From Octopus sinensis (Eukaryota), in NCBI RefSeq assembly GCF_006345805.1, contig NW_021832379.1:62001-126000 (forward strand): 64,000 nucleotides of DNA. The letters run 5' to 3'. This document shows positions 1-11,770 of this stretch, piece by piece. The notes beneath the pieces were generated by a model. That model searched no databases. It was not told the origin of the DNA and was given only the letters and a program-made list of their open reading frames with translations. Both the position numbers and the translations under genes were made by a program. The first letter of the stretch is position 1; every line of letters starts with the position of its first letter.

Positions 1-430
1 CAGGACACCGAGACGTTTGGAGATATGCTGTGATTGAGAAGACTCGGCAACTAAAGTGAGATCACAGCCATGGCCAATGCCAGTGTTGCATGTCTGGCCC
101 ATTTAAAAGTACACTTGATGCATTGGGTGATATATGCTTGAGAAGACCTGTTCAGTCAAGTAAAACCAAAATTGTAGCTGTGGCCAGTGCCTCTTGATTG
201 GCTTCTGTTCCGGTGGCACATAAAATGCATTATCCAAACGTGGCCGATGCCAGTGTCCCCTGACTGGCTTCTGTGCTGGTGACACATAAAAATCACCCAC
301 TACACTCTCAGAGTGGTTGATGTTAGAAAGGGCATACAGTTGTAGAAATATTGCCAGATCAGTTTGGAGCCTGGTGCAACTGCAGGCTCTCCAGACCTCA
401 GTCAAGAATGGAAAATGGACATGATGTCAG
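1..430 (+). mobile_element. RTE-clade LINE 3' end (ORF2 C-terminus plus 3' UTR)
   Basis: Reads DVWRYAVIEKTRQLK* (stop near 58), the same C-terminus as the copy at 27.8 kb, followed by the family 3' UTR core (cacccactacactctcagagtggttgatgttagaaagggcatacagttgtagaaa) and a decayed GAT tail. Confidence 0.75.
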
Positions 431-462
431 AGCCAGAAGGTTTGCCATTGATGGAAATAGAC

Positions 463-649
463 CAGTGCTCCACAACCTTTTTTTTCCTTGCGGTATACTT
501 ATATTCTTTTCAAAACTCAGCAGCATACCTGAACTAAAAATATAACTAAATATATAGGGAAAAAAATTATATTCAGGTTACACTGTGGCACACATAGCAT
601 CATCTCACGGCACACCAATGTACCACAGCATACCAGTTATGGAGTACTG
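463..649. mobile_element. Degenerate hAT (Charlie-like) MITE
   Basis: Termini CAGTGCTCCACAAC...GTTATGGAGTACTG; flanks AAATAGAC and GAATAGAA match at 6/8, consistent with a decayed 8-bp TSD. Confidence 0.5.
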
Positions 650-1189
650 GAATAGAACACACTGCAGCATGTTTCCAGAATTCAGGACATATCTCTAGTT
701 AGGGAAGTAGATTAAAAACCAAAGAAGATGAATAGGAGTAACATTGTTATTGCCATCTTAACTGTTCCAAAATCTTCATCTCAGCTCTCAAATTACAAAA
801 CAAAATCAACTTACTTAAATAGCTTGTTTTTGGAGCATTATCCAATTGAATTAGTTGCCTTCGGCGACCAGGCATTCCACGACGCCCCATGTTTTCAAAA
901 TTTTCTGAAATAAAACATAAAATTTTAGAAACTTTGAAAGGCAGGCAATAAATTGTTTTTAATGGTGGAACTGCAAGTGGATAAAGCTATAAATAACAGC
1001 TTGTGAGTATTGTGTTAAAAAGTCTTTAGGATGGAAACAGTCAAATTAATTCACTGGTAAGAACAATGCTTCTAAAATTGACAAAGAAGTTCAGAGGATT
1101 GTTTTGGTCCAATGGTAAAACATCTGTCATGTTTACAGAAGATGGAGATTCAAGTCCCACTGGCAACATTTGACTTTTCCTACCCAAAT

Positions 1190-1360
1190 GGAATCGCTGT
1201 GTGGTAAGAGGTTTGCTTCTCAACAACATGGTTCTGGATTCAGTCCCATCGTGTAACACCTTTGGACAAGTGTCTTCTACTTTGCCTTGAGTCAACCAAA
1301 GCCTTTTGAGTGGATTTAGTAGAGGGAAACTGAAAATGGCTCGTCATACAGATATATATA
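1190..1360 (+). mobile_element. tRNA-derived SINE
   Basis: tRNA-like head (gtggtaagaggtttgc...ggattcagtccc), then the core caagtgtcttctac...ccaaagcctt.tgagtggattt shared with many copies in the window, then a TA-rich tail. Confidence 0.7.
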
Positions 1361-1405
1361 TTGTTACAAACCTGCCGTCACTCAACTCGAACTCGGGACC
1401 CAACT

Positions 1406-2781
1406 AAAACATAAAGAAAAATATATCTGTTGTGTTAGATCACTTTTAACAGTTGAACTCAGTAGATAAAGCTATAAATAATAGCATTTAAGTATTTGAT
1501 TTAAAAAGAAACACCTGTTATCTCTTATTTGTTTGTCTGATTGTGGTCATGCTGGGGCATTGCCTTGAAAAATTTTACTCAAACCATTCCCAGATCTTTT
1601 CTTATTTATTTAAAAAAAATTTTAAAGCCTTATTCTGTTTCTTTTGCTGATCTCCCATGTTATGGGGATGTAAACACACCAGCACTGGATGTCAAGCAGT
1701 GTTGGGAGATACACGTGCACACACGGTGCAATGGGTAAATTGTCGCCATTTTATATTTCTAATTTCGCGCATGTGCATTGTTTTTGATTTTGTCGACTAC
1801 TCAGTATGGTAGGGTCAGTTGGGTACTGTCTGAGAAAAACAGCACCATGACACAATTCACTCTGCCAGAAATTTGAAAATAACATACTGTACTGCTTGGC
1901 ATTCATGCTGGAAGCTCTGAAATGAACATTTAAGATTGTTTGGGTGTCAATCTGAGGACATGTACCAATTGTGATAAAAATCAAACATCCAGTCAACATC
2001 ATGCTGTTTATAGTGATCACTAGTGATGGGTGACGTTATACCGCCATTCATCTTCCCCCATATCCTCATACTTAACATGGAGGCCTACATCAAGTACCTG
2101 GAGGAGATAGTGCTGCTTTGGGTCAAGAGGGTGGCTGCTGGAAGACCCTATGTCTGGCAACAGGACTCTGCACCATGCCACACAAGCAAGAGAACCCAGT
2201 CATGGCTGTCAGACAATTTCTGCAGTTACATCACCTCTAACATCTAGCCACCTAACTCCCTTGATTATTATGTGTGGAGCACAGTTGAGCGAGAGACCAA
2301 CAAAACTCCTTGTAACACCAAAGATGAACTGAAGGCAAGGATTGTGGCAACATTCACCAACTTAAACAAGGAAGCTGTTCAGTAGAGCTGCCGGAGATTC
2401 TGAAGTCATCTGGAGGCTGTGGTTGAAGCCAATGGCGATTTTATTGAATAAATTTACTCTTTAGTATTTCAAGATATTTTTATGTAATATTGGTAAATAT
2501 ATCTGTTAAAATGAGAAGTCAGTCTTATTTTCATTTTTGTGTAATTCAGATGACTTGTTTACTCACCACACCCTGTATATATTGATATGGAGGTCAGTTG
2601 AGAAAAAAAGTGGTATGACCCAGTTTCGTGGTTTGGTGCCGGTCAGACTGTTATTGGTTTTTGTCCTGTCATTTTTGTAGGAAAATTAAGGAGTTTGGAA
2701 TGCTATTATTTATAGCTTTATCTACTGAGTTCAACTGTTAAAAGTGATCTAACACAACAGATATATTTTTCTTTATGTTTT
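1406..2781. repeat. Perfect 83-bp inverted repeat pair (1406-1488 and 2699-2781)
   Basis: The two arms are exact reverse complements by direct comparison. Confidence 0.9.
1722..2575 (+). mobile_element. Internally deleted Tc1/mariner (maT/DD37D-like) transposon
   Basis: Broken transposase: MTQFTLPEI... N-terminus joined to KHPVNIM...GDVIPPFIFP...VWQQDSAPCHT...LDYYVW...VVEANGDFIE*; diverged TIRs cacggtgcaatgggtaaat and gtttactcaccacaccctg followed by TA. Confidence 0.8.
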
Positions 2782-3682
2782 TTCTAATCAATCAAAGTAG
2801 TTAGTTCTAAAATCTCTAAACAAGATGCAAGTAGTAACAATACAAGATGCTAATGTCTTTTTTTGCCACAATAACATGGCTGTTCTATAAAGAATTAGGT
2901 TACTACATTTTTACCCCAAGAAAACATCTTTCCCAGCTGGTTAACAACACACAACCTGTGTCCAATATATTGTGAGTAAGGGAGCAAATCACTCCTCCTC
3001 CAGCTTGGTAAGACCAGTTGGCCATGGTTTCTGGGCCCTTACCCATCATTGGTACTGGACACCAGCCTGCCAGAGATGGCAGTCAATTGCCCCTACTCAC
3101 AATATATAAATAGATAAGTGGCAGACAACCACTGATCTCATAACAAGTGAAATAGATAGTTCTAAAACCTCTAAAAGAGATATAAGTAGTAAAACTAACA
3201 CCCACAACTCCTACATTAGAGGTCAACTTTCCATCAAAAGTTTAACTCTTTAAATATGGAGACTTCTCTCGCAAATGTAATGCTTATTATTCACATTGTT
3301 TTGAATTAATCAGGCATAATCTCATAGCTACAAGAGTCCGATGATACAGATGTTTATTTTTAGAATGGCAATGTAAGGTAAGTGCAAGAAGCCAGATCTG
3401 GCAGTTGTAGGCATAAAACGGGTAGAATATTTGGCCTGGATATGACTGGTTTAAATGCTGGAGCTTCATCAAAATTCATTGCATTCTTTAATTTTGCACA
3501 ACACATCATCAAACATTTAACATTCACTTTTCCATACCTGCATGGGTCAGAAAGAAATTACTGAACCCTTTTTTCCTACTGATAGATGCTCTTCCTGTCA
3601 TCAACCCTCAACCGTTTCCAACCAAATAAGGTCATATTTCACCATAACCAGACACAGAAGATTAGAAAATAACAACCTCTGT

Positions 3683-4034
3683 TCATCATCATCATCTTCT
3701 TGTCTTGAGACAGCATCCACCCGGGGTGGGTTGAGCTGGCTTCATTCACCCTCAATGCTGCATCTCTCACAAACGCCGACTAGGCCTGGCGATTTGAGGC
3801 TAACGACTGCGTGATCAACCACTCCTTATTCCAGCGGCAAACGCCATAGCCATGGGGGCCTAGGTTGGGTTCCAGATCAGCCTTGACTGTCATCAGCCAG
3901 GTTTTTCGTTGTCCACCATATCGTTTTTGCCAACCTTGAAGGGGAGCTGGGGCAATTGCTTCGTAGATAAATTCTCTTGCTTGACGATGGAGGGCATGAC
4001 CCAGCCAACGCAGACGTCTCGTTAGGATGACTTG
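3683..4034 (-). mobile_element. RTE-type LINE ORF2 C-terminal remnant (distinct subfamily)
   Basis: Minus strand translates RRLRWLGHALHR...GWQKRYGGQRKTWLMTVKADLE...RWNKEW and ends in a (GAT)n tail. Confidence 0.75.
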
Positions 4035-4260
4035 TCATCATCATCATTTAATGTCCGCTTTCCATGCTAGCATGGGTTGGACGATTTGACTGAGGACTGG
4101 CAAACCAGATGGCTGCACCAGGCTCCAATCTTGATCTGGCAGAGTTTCTACAGCTGGATGCCCTTCCTAACGCCAATCACTCCAAGAGTGTAGTGAGTGC
4201 TTTTACATGCCACCGGCACAAGGGCCAGTCAGGCAGTACAGGCAACGGCCACGCCCAAAT
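4035..4260 (-). mobile_element. RTE 3' UTR fragment
   Basis: (CAT)n-tttaatgtccgctttccatgctagcatggg...ctacagctggatgcccttcctaacgcca, the reverse complement of the family tail. Confidence 0.8.
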
Positions 4261-4302
4261 ATAACAAAGATGCTCAGTTACAACCATCAAGCCATTTCTA
4301 GA

Positions 4303-4478
4303 CCACACACACACACCTGATAGGCTTCTTTCAGTTTCTATCTACCAAATCAACTCTTAAGGCTTTGGTCAGCAAAAAGCTACAATAGAAGACACTTGCC
4401 AAAGGTGCCACTCAGTGGGACTGAACCCAAGACCACATGATTAGAATCAAGCCTCTAAACCGCTCAGTCAAGCCTAAG
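4303..4478 (-). mobile_element. tRNA-derived SINE
   Basis: Reverse complement of the SINE type at 1190: (CA)n, ggcttctttcagtttc, gaagacacttgcc, gggactgaacc. Further copies near 5270-5456, 13260-13435, 16440-16545, 46620-46770 and 61010-61160. Confidence 0.7.
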
Positions 4479-5599
4479 CCTATAACTAAATATATTAAAG
4501 AATCACATAGATGTACTTCGTGCTGATTTATATAATTTTCCCATACAATCATTGTTAACCACCAGATGTTTAAGTCCAGTTCTCTCAACAAAAGAAAGTA
4601 TACATGGTCCCGACTGTAGTGAATTTGAATAGAATCAATTCTGTTAATTTATTTCAGTTATCACGCTCATATGCTCTTTCTATGGATTTTATAATAATGA
4701 AGTCATGAAAGAAACATATTCTACTGATATTTATATAAAACCTTTTTTTTTATTGTCTTGCAAGATACTTGGTGACCCTGTCAGAGCAGGTGCCACTTAA
4801 ATGCACCCAGTTCACACTGTAAACTGGTTGGTGCTCGGAAGGGCATCCAGCTGTAAAAACCTTGCCTATGCTTGTGCCATGTAAAAAGCAATAAGTCCAC
4901 TCTGCTGAGTGGTTGGTGTTAAGAAGAGCATCCAACTGTAAAAATCCTGGTGCAGGCTTGGGGGCCTGGCTGGCTCTTGTGAAGCCACCCATGCTAGCAC
5001 GGAAGACAGACATATGATGATGTTTGCAGTCCTATTTACACTGATGCAGACGCAATCGTCATTTAACATCTGCTTTACCATGCTTCCATGGATCAGATGG
5101 GATTTGTTAAGGCAGATTTTCTATGACCAGATGTGCTTCCTGTTACCAACTTTCACCTGTTTCCAGATCAGGTAATATTTCCCTATGACTAACCATGGTT
5201 TTCATGGATGACCAGAAATGAACCAACATGCTTGTTTGCAACTATCATGTAATGTCAAGACAATGATATATACACATACACACACACACACACACAATGG
5301 GCTTCTTTCAGTTTCCATCTACCAAATCTACTCACAAGGCTTTGGTTGGCTCAAGGTTATAGAAGACACCTATCCAAGGTACTACGCAATGGGACTGAAC
5401 TCCAAACCATCTGGTTACAAAGCAAACTTCTTAACCACACAGCCACACCTACACCTAGTGTCAAAAAGGAAGTCATTCAAGCATCTGCTTCTCTCAGACC
5501 CATCCAACCCTAACTACTTACAAAAATTTACTCTCTAATCTTCGCATTCCTCAGGCACAAGTATTCACCCACCCACTGAATAGTGTAGCTCTTCACAAG

Positions 5600-5940
5600 C
5601 AGGAAGTAAAAATAACACTTCAAAATCTATTGGAAGGTGATGGCTGCAACAAACGAAGTTTTCTTCTTCCTCGTTGATATGAGTAATTACAATTAATGAG
5701 ATAGGACGCAGAGGGTTTGCAAGCCAATTCCTCTGCAGAGCTTCCAGCATACTTGACATCAAAGACAGCAAAGGTTGCCTCAAGGTGGCTGTGGAGCAAA
5801 AGGTATGAGCTCTGGAAGGAGGAGTGCTAACAGGGCACAAACTAGGGTTTGGTCAACCCTGACTGAGTTGCCTGGATGAGGATGTTGGATGTTAAAAGAG
5901 CTGAAACAATGACCCCAGGAAACCATGACGTCTCCAGGGG
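5600..5940 (+). mobile_element. Hero-like (R2 group, RLE endonuclease) non-LTR retrotransposon 3' remnant
   Basis: EIGRRGFASQFLCRASSIL (from 5698) then, after a frameshift, KVASRWLWSKR; matches my recollection of the Hero C-terminus (EVGCRGFAGQSLCRA...ASRWLW.KR) and is followed by a Hero-like 3' UTR. Confidence 0.6.
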
Positions 5941-6069
5941 CATTACAGGGTGATGCATGGAAAATTTTTTTCTGAAAACAATCAGCTCATTTACTCATGC
6001 AATATGGTTCCTAAGAAATGCCAAGGCAAACCACGTAAAACAAAGATCCACCATTATCCTTATACTTTA

Positions 6070-6525
6070 AAGTCTGTTTTCCAAGCTGGTATGGGTTGGA
6101 CGGTTTGACTAAGGTCTAGAAAGCCAGCAGCTGCACCAGACTCTAATCTGATGTGGCGATGTTACTACAGCTGGATGTCCTTCCTAACACCAACCACTGC
6201 GAGAGTTTAGTGAGTGCTTTTTACGTGCCACTGGCACAGGAGCCAGTCAGTGGGGGCACTGGCATCAATCACGTTTGGATAGTCTTTTTACGTGCCACCA
6301 GCACAAGAGCCAGTCAGTGGGGGCACTGGCATCAATCACGTTTGGATAGTGCTTTTTACATGCCACTGGCACAAGAGCCAGTCAGTGGGGGCACTGGCAT
6401 CAATCACATTTGGATAGTGCTTTTTATGTGCCACCAGCACAAGAGCCAGTCAGTGGGGGCACTGGCATCGATCACGTTTGGATAGTGCTTTTTACATGCC
6501 ACTGGCACAGGAGCCAGTCAGGCGA
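6070..6525 (-). mobile_element. RTE 3' UTR fragment containing a 68-bp tandem array (about 4.5 copies, 6214-6522)
   Basis: Family core motif plus units starting near 6214, 6282, 6349, 6417 and 6485. Confidence 0.8.
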
Positions 6526-7036
6526 AATTGCAATAAATGTTTTAACTATGCAAAGAGTTTTAAAAACTAATCCTCATTAAAAGGGATTTAGGATAGATTA
6601 TTATGAAATCTAACAATTTTTTTTTTCATTTTCTTGCATGTCATTGGACTGTGGCCACGCTGGAGCACCACCTTGATGACCAAGATATTTTTACGTCTAG
6701 TACACATACTTATATCCATATACATTTATAAATATGCACTTTCTCTCCCATAACTATAAGAAATCAACTTTCACAAAAATAAATATCTTTAATACATAAG
6801 ATTGGTGAGGAGCGTCAGATTAGTCATTCAATGAGCTAGAAAGAGCAAATTTGCCTCCAGCCATACTGTACTATCTGGAAAAAGAAAAGGAGAGGTTGGA
6901 CAATGCAATAATACATATACAAAAAGGCAGGATGGTCATAAATGAAATGTCTCTGGTCATTCATCTGCCTAATGAGGGCTGATGTGAGCTAAACAACAAC
7001 ACCAAAACAAAGATATGATGAAAAAATAATATATAC

Positions 7037-7287
7037 TGTTATGTGTAGTTTCGTTGTAATGGGAAAGACAACTCAATACGAAGCATAGTTATTCTTTTAC
7101 GTGTTTATTTACTTTTCCATGTTACACGAACTGCGCTACTTTCGGCACAGCGACACCTATATATCATTAGACACAGTGTAGTAATACTGTTTACTTTAAA
7201 ACACAGTTCGTACTGTTCACTAACAAACAGTGCCAAAAGTGGGGATGTATTCTACACACGTATACACATGGATATGAATGTGTAACA
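7037..7287 (-). repeat. 3' LTR of Gypsy element
   Basis: Direct repeat of 11771-12021 with 11 mismatches in 251 bp by manual alignment; short PPT (AAGAAGGGA on the minus strand) at 7288-7296. Confidence 0.95.
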
Positions 7288-7472
7288 TCCCTTCTTGAAA
7301 AAAAAAAAGGGGGTCTTTTGGCAGTGAAGACAAATATAGTAGTCTCCCTTACTCTAATGGATTGTCAGCGCGAGGTGGCAATCCTGCAGCAGAAACCGTG
7401 AGATTATTCTGCCTCTGCTTTGTAATCTAGCAGAATTAGTTACTTATCTTTTCATTTTCTTTCTTTTTTTCT

Positions 7473-8460
7473 TTAACGGTATCGAACCGGTGGCAGAATG
7501 TTCGAACTCCATTTGGTGGATCTTGTGCTTCGCACTGGTGTCTGAGGTGTGTTGTTGGGCTGCTGATGGGTGGTTGGTGCCCGTTGGGGTGATGATTCTG
7601 TGGGTGTTGTCACTGATGCAGCAGGTGTTGTACACGTTGTCTGCTGATGGGTGGTTGGTGCCCGTTGGGGTGATGATCCTGTGGGTGTTGTCATTGATGC
7701 AGCAGGTGTTGTACACGTTGTCTGCTGATGGGTGGTTGGTGCCCGTTGGGGTGATGATTCTGTGGGTGTTGTCACTGATGCAGCAGGTGTTGTACACGTT
7801 GTCCTTGACACCTTTGGTGTTGGGTGGATGTGGGCTCTGTTGCGTCTCAGCTGCCTACCAGATTCCGTTTCTATTATATACGATCTTGGAGTTTCAGCTC
7901 TACTGACAACCTGTGCTGGGATCCATGTTTTAGTTACGGGATCTTGAGTATGCACATGTTGTCCTCCAAGTATCTCAGGTAAGTATTGTGCATGTTTGTT
8001 GTAATATTTCTGTGATTGTTCTTGAGTGGCTGCTAGCTTTGCCCTTGTCTCTTCCTGGTCAATAGGAGGTTGGATCTTACTTGGCAGGGTAGTTTTGTAC
8101 TTCCTGCCATTCAGCAATTCTGCAGGGGATTTCATATCAGCTCTCAGTGGTGTCGCTCGTAGGGACAGAAGTGCCAGGTGTGGGTCTTCCTTAGTCTCTC
8201 GGCATTTGACTAGTGTTCTCTTCACTGTCTGCACCTGTCTTTCTATAAATCCATGACCTTTGGGGTAGTGTAGATATGAAGTTATAATATTGAACCCATA
8301 CTCATCGGCTAGCTTTTTGAATTCTTGTGATGTGAACTGGGTTCCATTGTCACATATGATCTGCTCTGGTATTCCTTGCTCTGCTAGAAGTCCTCGAGCC
8401 ACTGTAGTGATTGTTTTGGCTCTCAGGTCCTTCACTTTTCTCACAAATGGAATTTGGAGT
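7473..8460 (-). pseudogene. pol: Gypsy integrase core and Thr/Pro-rich C-terminal tail (frameshifted part of pol)
   Basis: QGIPEQIICDNGTQFTSQEF...GFIERQVQTVK (DDE core); the frame changes near 8455 (YYSKF/PFVRKV); ends RSTRSTK...PPVRYR. Confidence 0.9.
7561..7803 (-). repeat. 81-bp x3 in-frame tandem repeat in the integrase tail
   Basis: Units start at 7561, 7642 and 7723 and encode TTCTTPAASVTTPTESSPQRAPTTHQQ (27 aa). Confidence 0.92.
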
Positions 8461-11240
8461 AGTAGCAGGCCATTATCAAATACCATTCTTGGATCTCTGT
8501 GAACAGATCTGCTCCAATAGTTTGCCATGGCCTTCTTGGGATGTCACTAGATATCATTTCCTCCTTTTGTTGTGAGTTTCTGTACTTCTGACAGATGTGG
8601 CATGTAGAAACTGTCTTCTCTATGTCTTTGTACATGCTTACCCAATATACTGCTGACTTGACTCGGAGCTTGCATTTCTCCATTCCGAGATGCCCTTGGT
8701 GGATCTTGTCAAGAATCTCTTTTTGCATTGACTTGGGTATAATTATTCGGGATCCAGCCATCAGGATTCCATTCTCCACTGATATATCATCATGGATGGC
8801 CAAATATTCATGAATGAGGGGCTGCACCTGACGTCTCTTTTCTGGCCACCCCTGAATCACCATCTGAGTAAGGAGCTGGAGTTCTTCATCTTTGCTGGTC
8901 TCCTCTTTGGCTTCTGCTAGCTTTGTAGTTGTTACATTTACAATGTGGTGGACCTTTATGCTTAGTCCTTCCATCTCCTGTTTATCATGTGAGGATAGTC
9001 TGGAAAGAGCATCCGCCAATATCAGGTCTTTTCCTGACTTGAACCTGATATCGTAGTCGTATGTTTGAAGCCTTAACAGTAATCTTTGCAGTCTGGCTGG
9101 TGCTTTCATGAGGTTTTTTCTATGTATTTGTTCTAGCGGGCGATGGTCTGTTTTAATATTGAAGTGTCTGCCATACAGGTATGTATGGAACTTTTCCCAT
9201 CCATATACTACTGCCAAGAGTTCCCTTTCAGTATTTGCGTACCTTGTCTCTGTGGGTGAGAGAGCTTTCGAGGCATATGCAATGGGTTTACCTTCCTGTA
9301 TCAGTGCTGCGCCAACTCCTCTCATAGAAGCATCGACTTGCAGTGTTACTGGTTTGCGTCTGTCATAGTACTGCAGAGTTGTCTCCTTACTGATGAGCTT
9401 TTTGATTGCTTCGAAATCCTGTGTGTGTGAAGCACACCAATCAAACTCTACGTCATCTTTGTTTAGTTCTCGGAGATTTGCAGTGTGATCAGCCAGCTTA
9501 GGTATGAAGGCTCCCATGTAGTGGATGAGTCCCAGGAAGCTCCTGAGTTCCTTGTCTTTGGGTTCTTTAATGTCTCTGATGGCTTCCACTTTAGCGGGGT
9601 CTGGTTTCACTCCCTCTGCAGAGTATATAATTCCAAAGAATTTGCACTCCTTTGCTTTTACCACACACTTGTTTGCATTGAGTTTGATGCCTGCTTGTCG
9701 GGTTTTCTCCATAGCTTCATGTAAATTGAAGTCATGTGTGGTCTCATCCTTGCCATGCACTTGGATGTCATCTGCTATTCCGATTGCTCCCTTGCAGCCT
9801 TGGTAGGTCTCATCTATTTGACACTGGAAAAGATCTTGGCTCACCTTCAATCCAAATGGGAGTCGGTTGAATCGATATCTGCCAAGTGGTGTGTTGAAGG
9901 TAGTGAGCATGGATGACTCTTTGTCTATCTTTACATTCCAGTACCCATTACTGGCATCCAGTTTGCTGAATAATTTAGATCCAGCCAATGATGGTGTGAT
10001 TTCTTCAAGGGTTGGAATTGGATGGTGCTCTCTTTTTAATGCCTTGTTCAGGTCCCTTGGATCGAGGCATATCCGTAGGGTACCATTGGGTTTTTCCTTG
10101 ATTATGATTGAATTTACCCAGTCTGTTGGTCGTGTCACTTTGGTGATTATTTCTTTTTTTTCCATTTTGTCCAACTCTGTCTTCAGCTTCTCTTTTAGCT
10201 CCAGAGGGACGCGGCGAGGTGGGTGAACAATTGGTTTGATATTTGGGTCGACTGTTATATGGTATCGACATTTCACAAAGCACCCAAATGTATCGTCAAA
10301 GCATTCAGGGTACATGCTTATCAATTCATCTTTGTTTGTGATGGGTGGTCGGTCTTTGATAGGCATATCTCTGTCAATCCTGCCCGGAGTTGCCTTCACT
10401 TCACCATTGATTGACACAATATTTAGCTTTTTGCAGGTATCGAGTCTAAGAATTGCTGGTCCCTCTGTTCTTGTGACATAAAAAGAACACTTGATTATTT
10501 TTCCTTTGTGTGTCCCTGTAATTGTTGTTTTGCCCAGTTGTGGAATCCTTTTACCTCCATACGCAGTGAGGATTACATCACTTGGTGTGAGGATTCCTTC
10601 TTTGATTTTATCCTCTTCTGTCATGTGTTCTGGGAACATCTTCTTGTAAAGGTTGACAGGCAAGATATCACTCTGGGCTCCAGTGTCAATCTTCAGCCTT
10701 AAGTCAATGTTCATTCGTTTCTTGCCAGACTTCTTTTGAATTCTTATTGTTGTGTATGCCTCATTTTTTTTCTGGTCGTCATTTCCCATCTCATGCACAT
10801 TTATTGTGCCGACTGCCAAGAATTCCTCCTCTGAGGTGTTTTGTTCCTGTTGTTGTGCATGTATATCTCTTCTTCTATTTCCGCTCCTCTTTGAAAATTG
10901 GGGATTGTATTTCTGGGATTTTGTCAACCTACGCATTTTTTTCCAGTGGTTAAGTTTTCCACATGCTTTGCAGTGTGTACCGAATGCTGGACGTTTCTTC
11001 CAGTTATTGAACTCATGCTCCATACCACAGTACTGGCATGTTCTTTGTTTGCGGGTATGTTTCGTCCTGTGCCTAGATACAATATCTACACTGCTGCCTA
11101 GTGAGCTTGTTTGTAAAGTAAGTGAGGCCATTTGTTTGGTAGTGGCTTCGAATGCTCTTGCAGTGTCTACTGCTTCTATCAACTGGAGAGCGTCCTTACC
11201 TATGAGGGATTTCTGAACTTCTTTATGAGCACACCCCCAT
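8441..11240 (-). pseudogene. pol: Gypsy gag C-terminus (zinc knuckles), protease, RT, RNase H and integrase Zn finger
   Basis: 913-aa ORF: CKACGKLNHW knuckle, LKIDTGAQ protease, LRICLDPRDLNKA/LPFGL/IADD RT, LQVDAS...YANTERELLAVV RNase H, HQGHLG...CHICQ HHCC. Confidence 0.93.
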
Positions 11241-11241
11241 A

Positions 11242-11646
11242 TTAATTGATCTTATCTTTGAATTTGCATTTTTCGGCAACATTTTTTATTCTGGACAGGA
11301 AATTGTCAATCGTTTCTTGTGGGCCTTGTTTCAGGCCCTGGAATTCGTATCTGTGAATTCTATGGTTCGACCTGGGCTCTAGGTGCCTTTCAAATTTCTC
11401 TTGAAGTGTGTCTGGGTTATTGCAATCCGATTCTGACATGTCCCAGCTGTTGAATAGGTCAAGACCTTTTTCGCCCATCCATAAAAGGATATAGCTTACC
11501 TTTTCTTCTTCAGTTGTGCCTTTCAGGAAACTTCTGAAAACTAGTTGAGTTTTCTGTTTGAATTTCTTAAACGCTTCTACGATATCACCGGAGTCCCAAT
11601 TCATGGTTGGATGTAGATTCATCTGTACGGCGACGGGGGTCGCCAT
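11242..11646 (-). pseudogene. gag: Gypsy gag N-terminus
   Basis: MATPVAVQ...FKKFKQK...ILLWMGEKGLDLFNSW...LKQGPQETIDNFLSRIKNVAEKCKF; a small deletion shifts the frame (DQLIWGCAHKE continues in another frame). Confidence 0.88.
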
Positions 11647-11757
11647 TTTGGATTCTTGTGTATGTGTGTCCGAAGACGAAGCGATGTTTTGTTTATTAAT
11701 TTCTGGTTCGTTGTGTTTCTGTTTTGTTGTAAAGGCACAGTTTCCAATTAATTATTT

Positions 11758-11770
11758 ACCGCTGCCACCA
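11758..11770 (-). promoter_or_regulatory. Primer-binding site complementary to the tRNA-Leu 3' end
   Basis: Minus-strand TGGTGGCAGCGGT directly abuts the 5' LTR and is complementary to ...ACCGCUGCCACCA of metazoan tRNA-Leu(AAG/UAG). Confidence 0.85.

Noticed and set aside
6214-6522. CRISPR-like repeat/spacer appearance of the RTE UTR arrays (also 28250-28460, 35540-36200, 45633-45900)
   Set aside because: Units are homologous along their full length with no unique spacers; eukaryotic context and no cas genes
7490-7906. Hydrophobic 138-aa ORF at the env position of the Gypsy element
   Set aside because: It is antisense to the element and is only the stop-free reverse reading of the 81-bp repeat
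9770-9790. RT motif IADD instead of YxDD as a possible inactivating change
   Set aside because: Both catalytic aspartates are present and, to my knowledge, this variant is common in related Gypsy RTs
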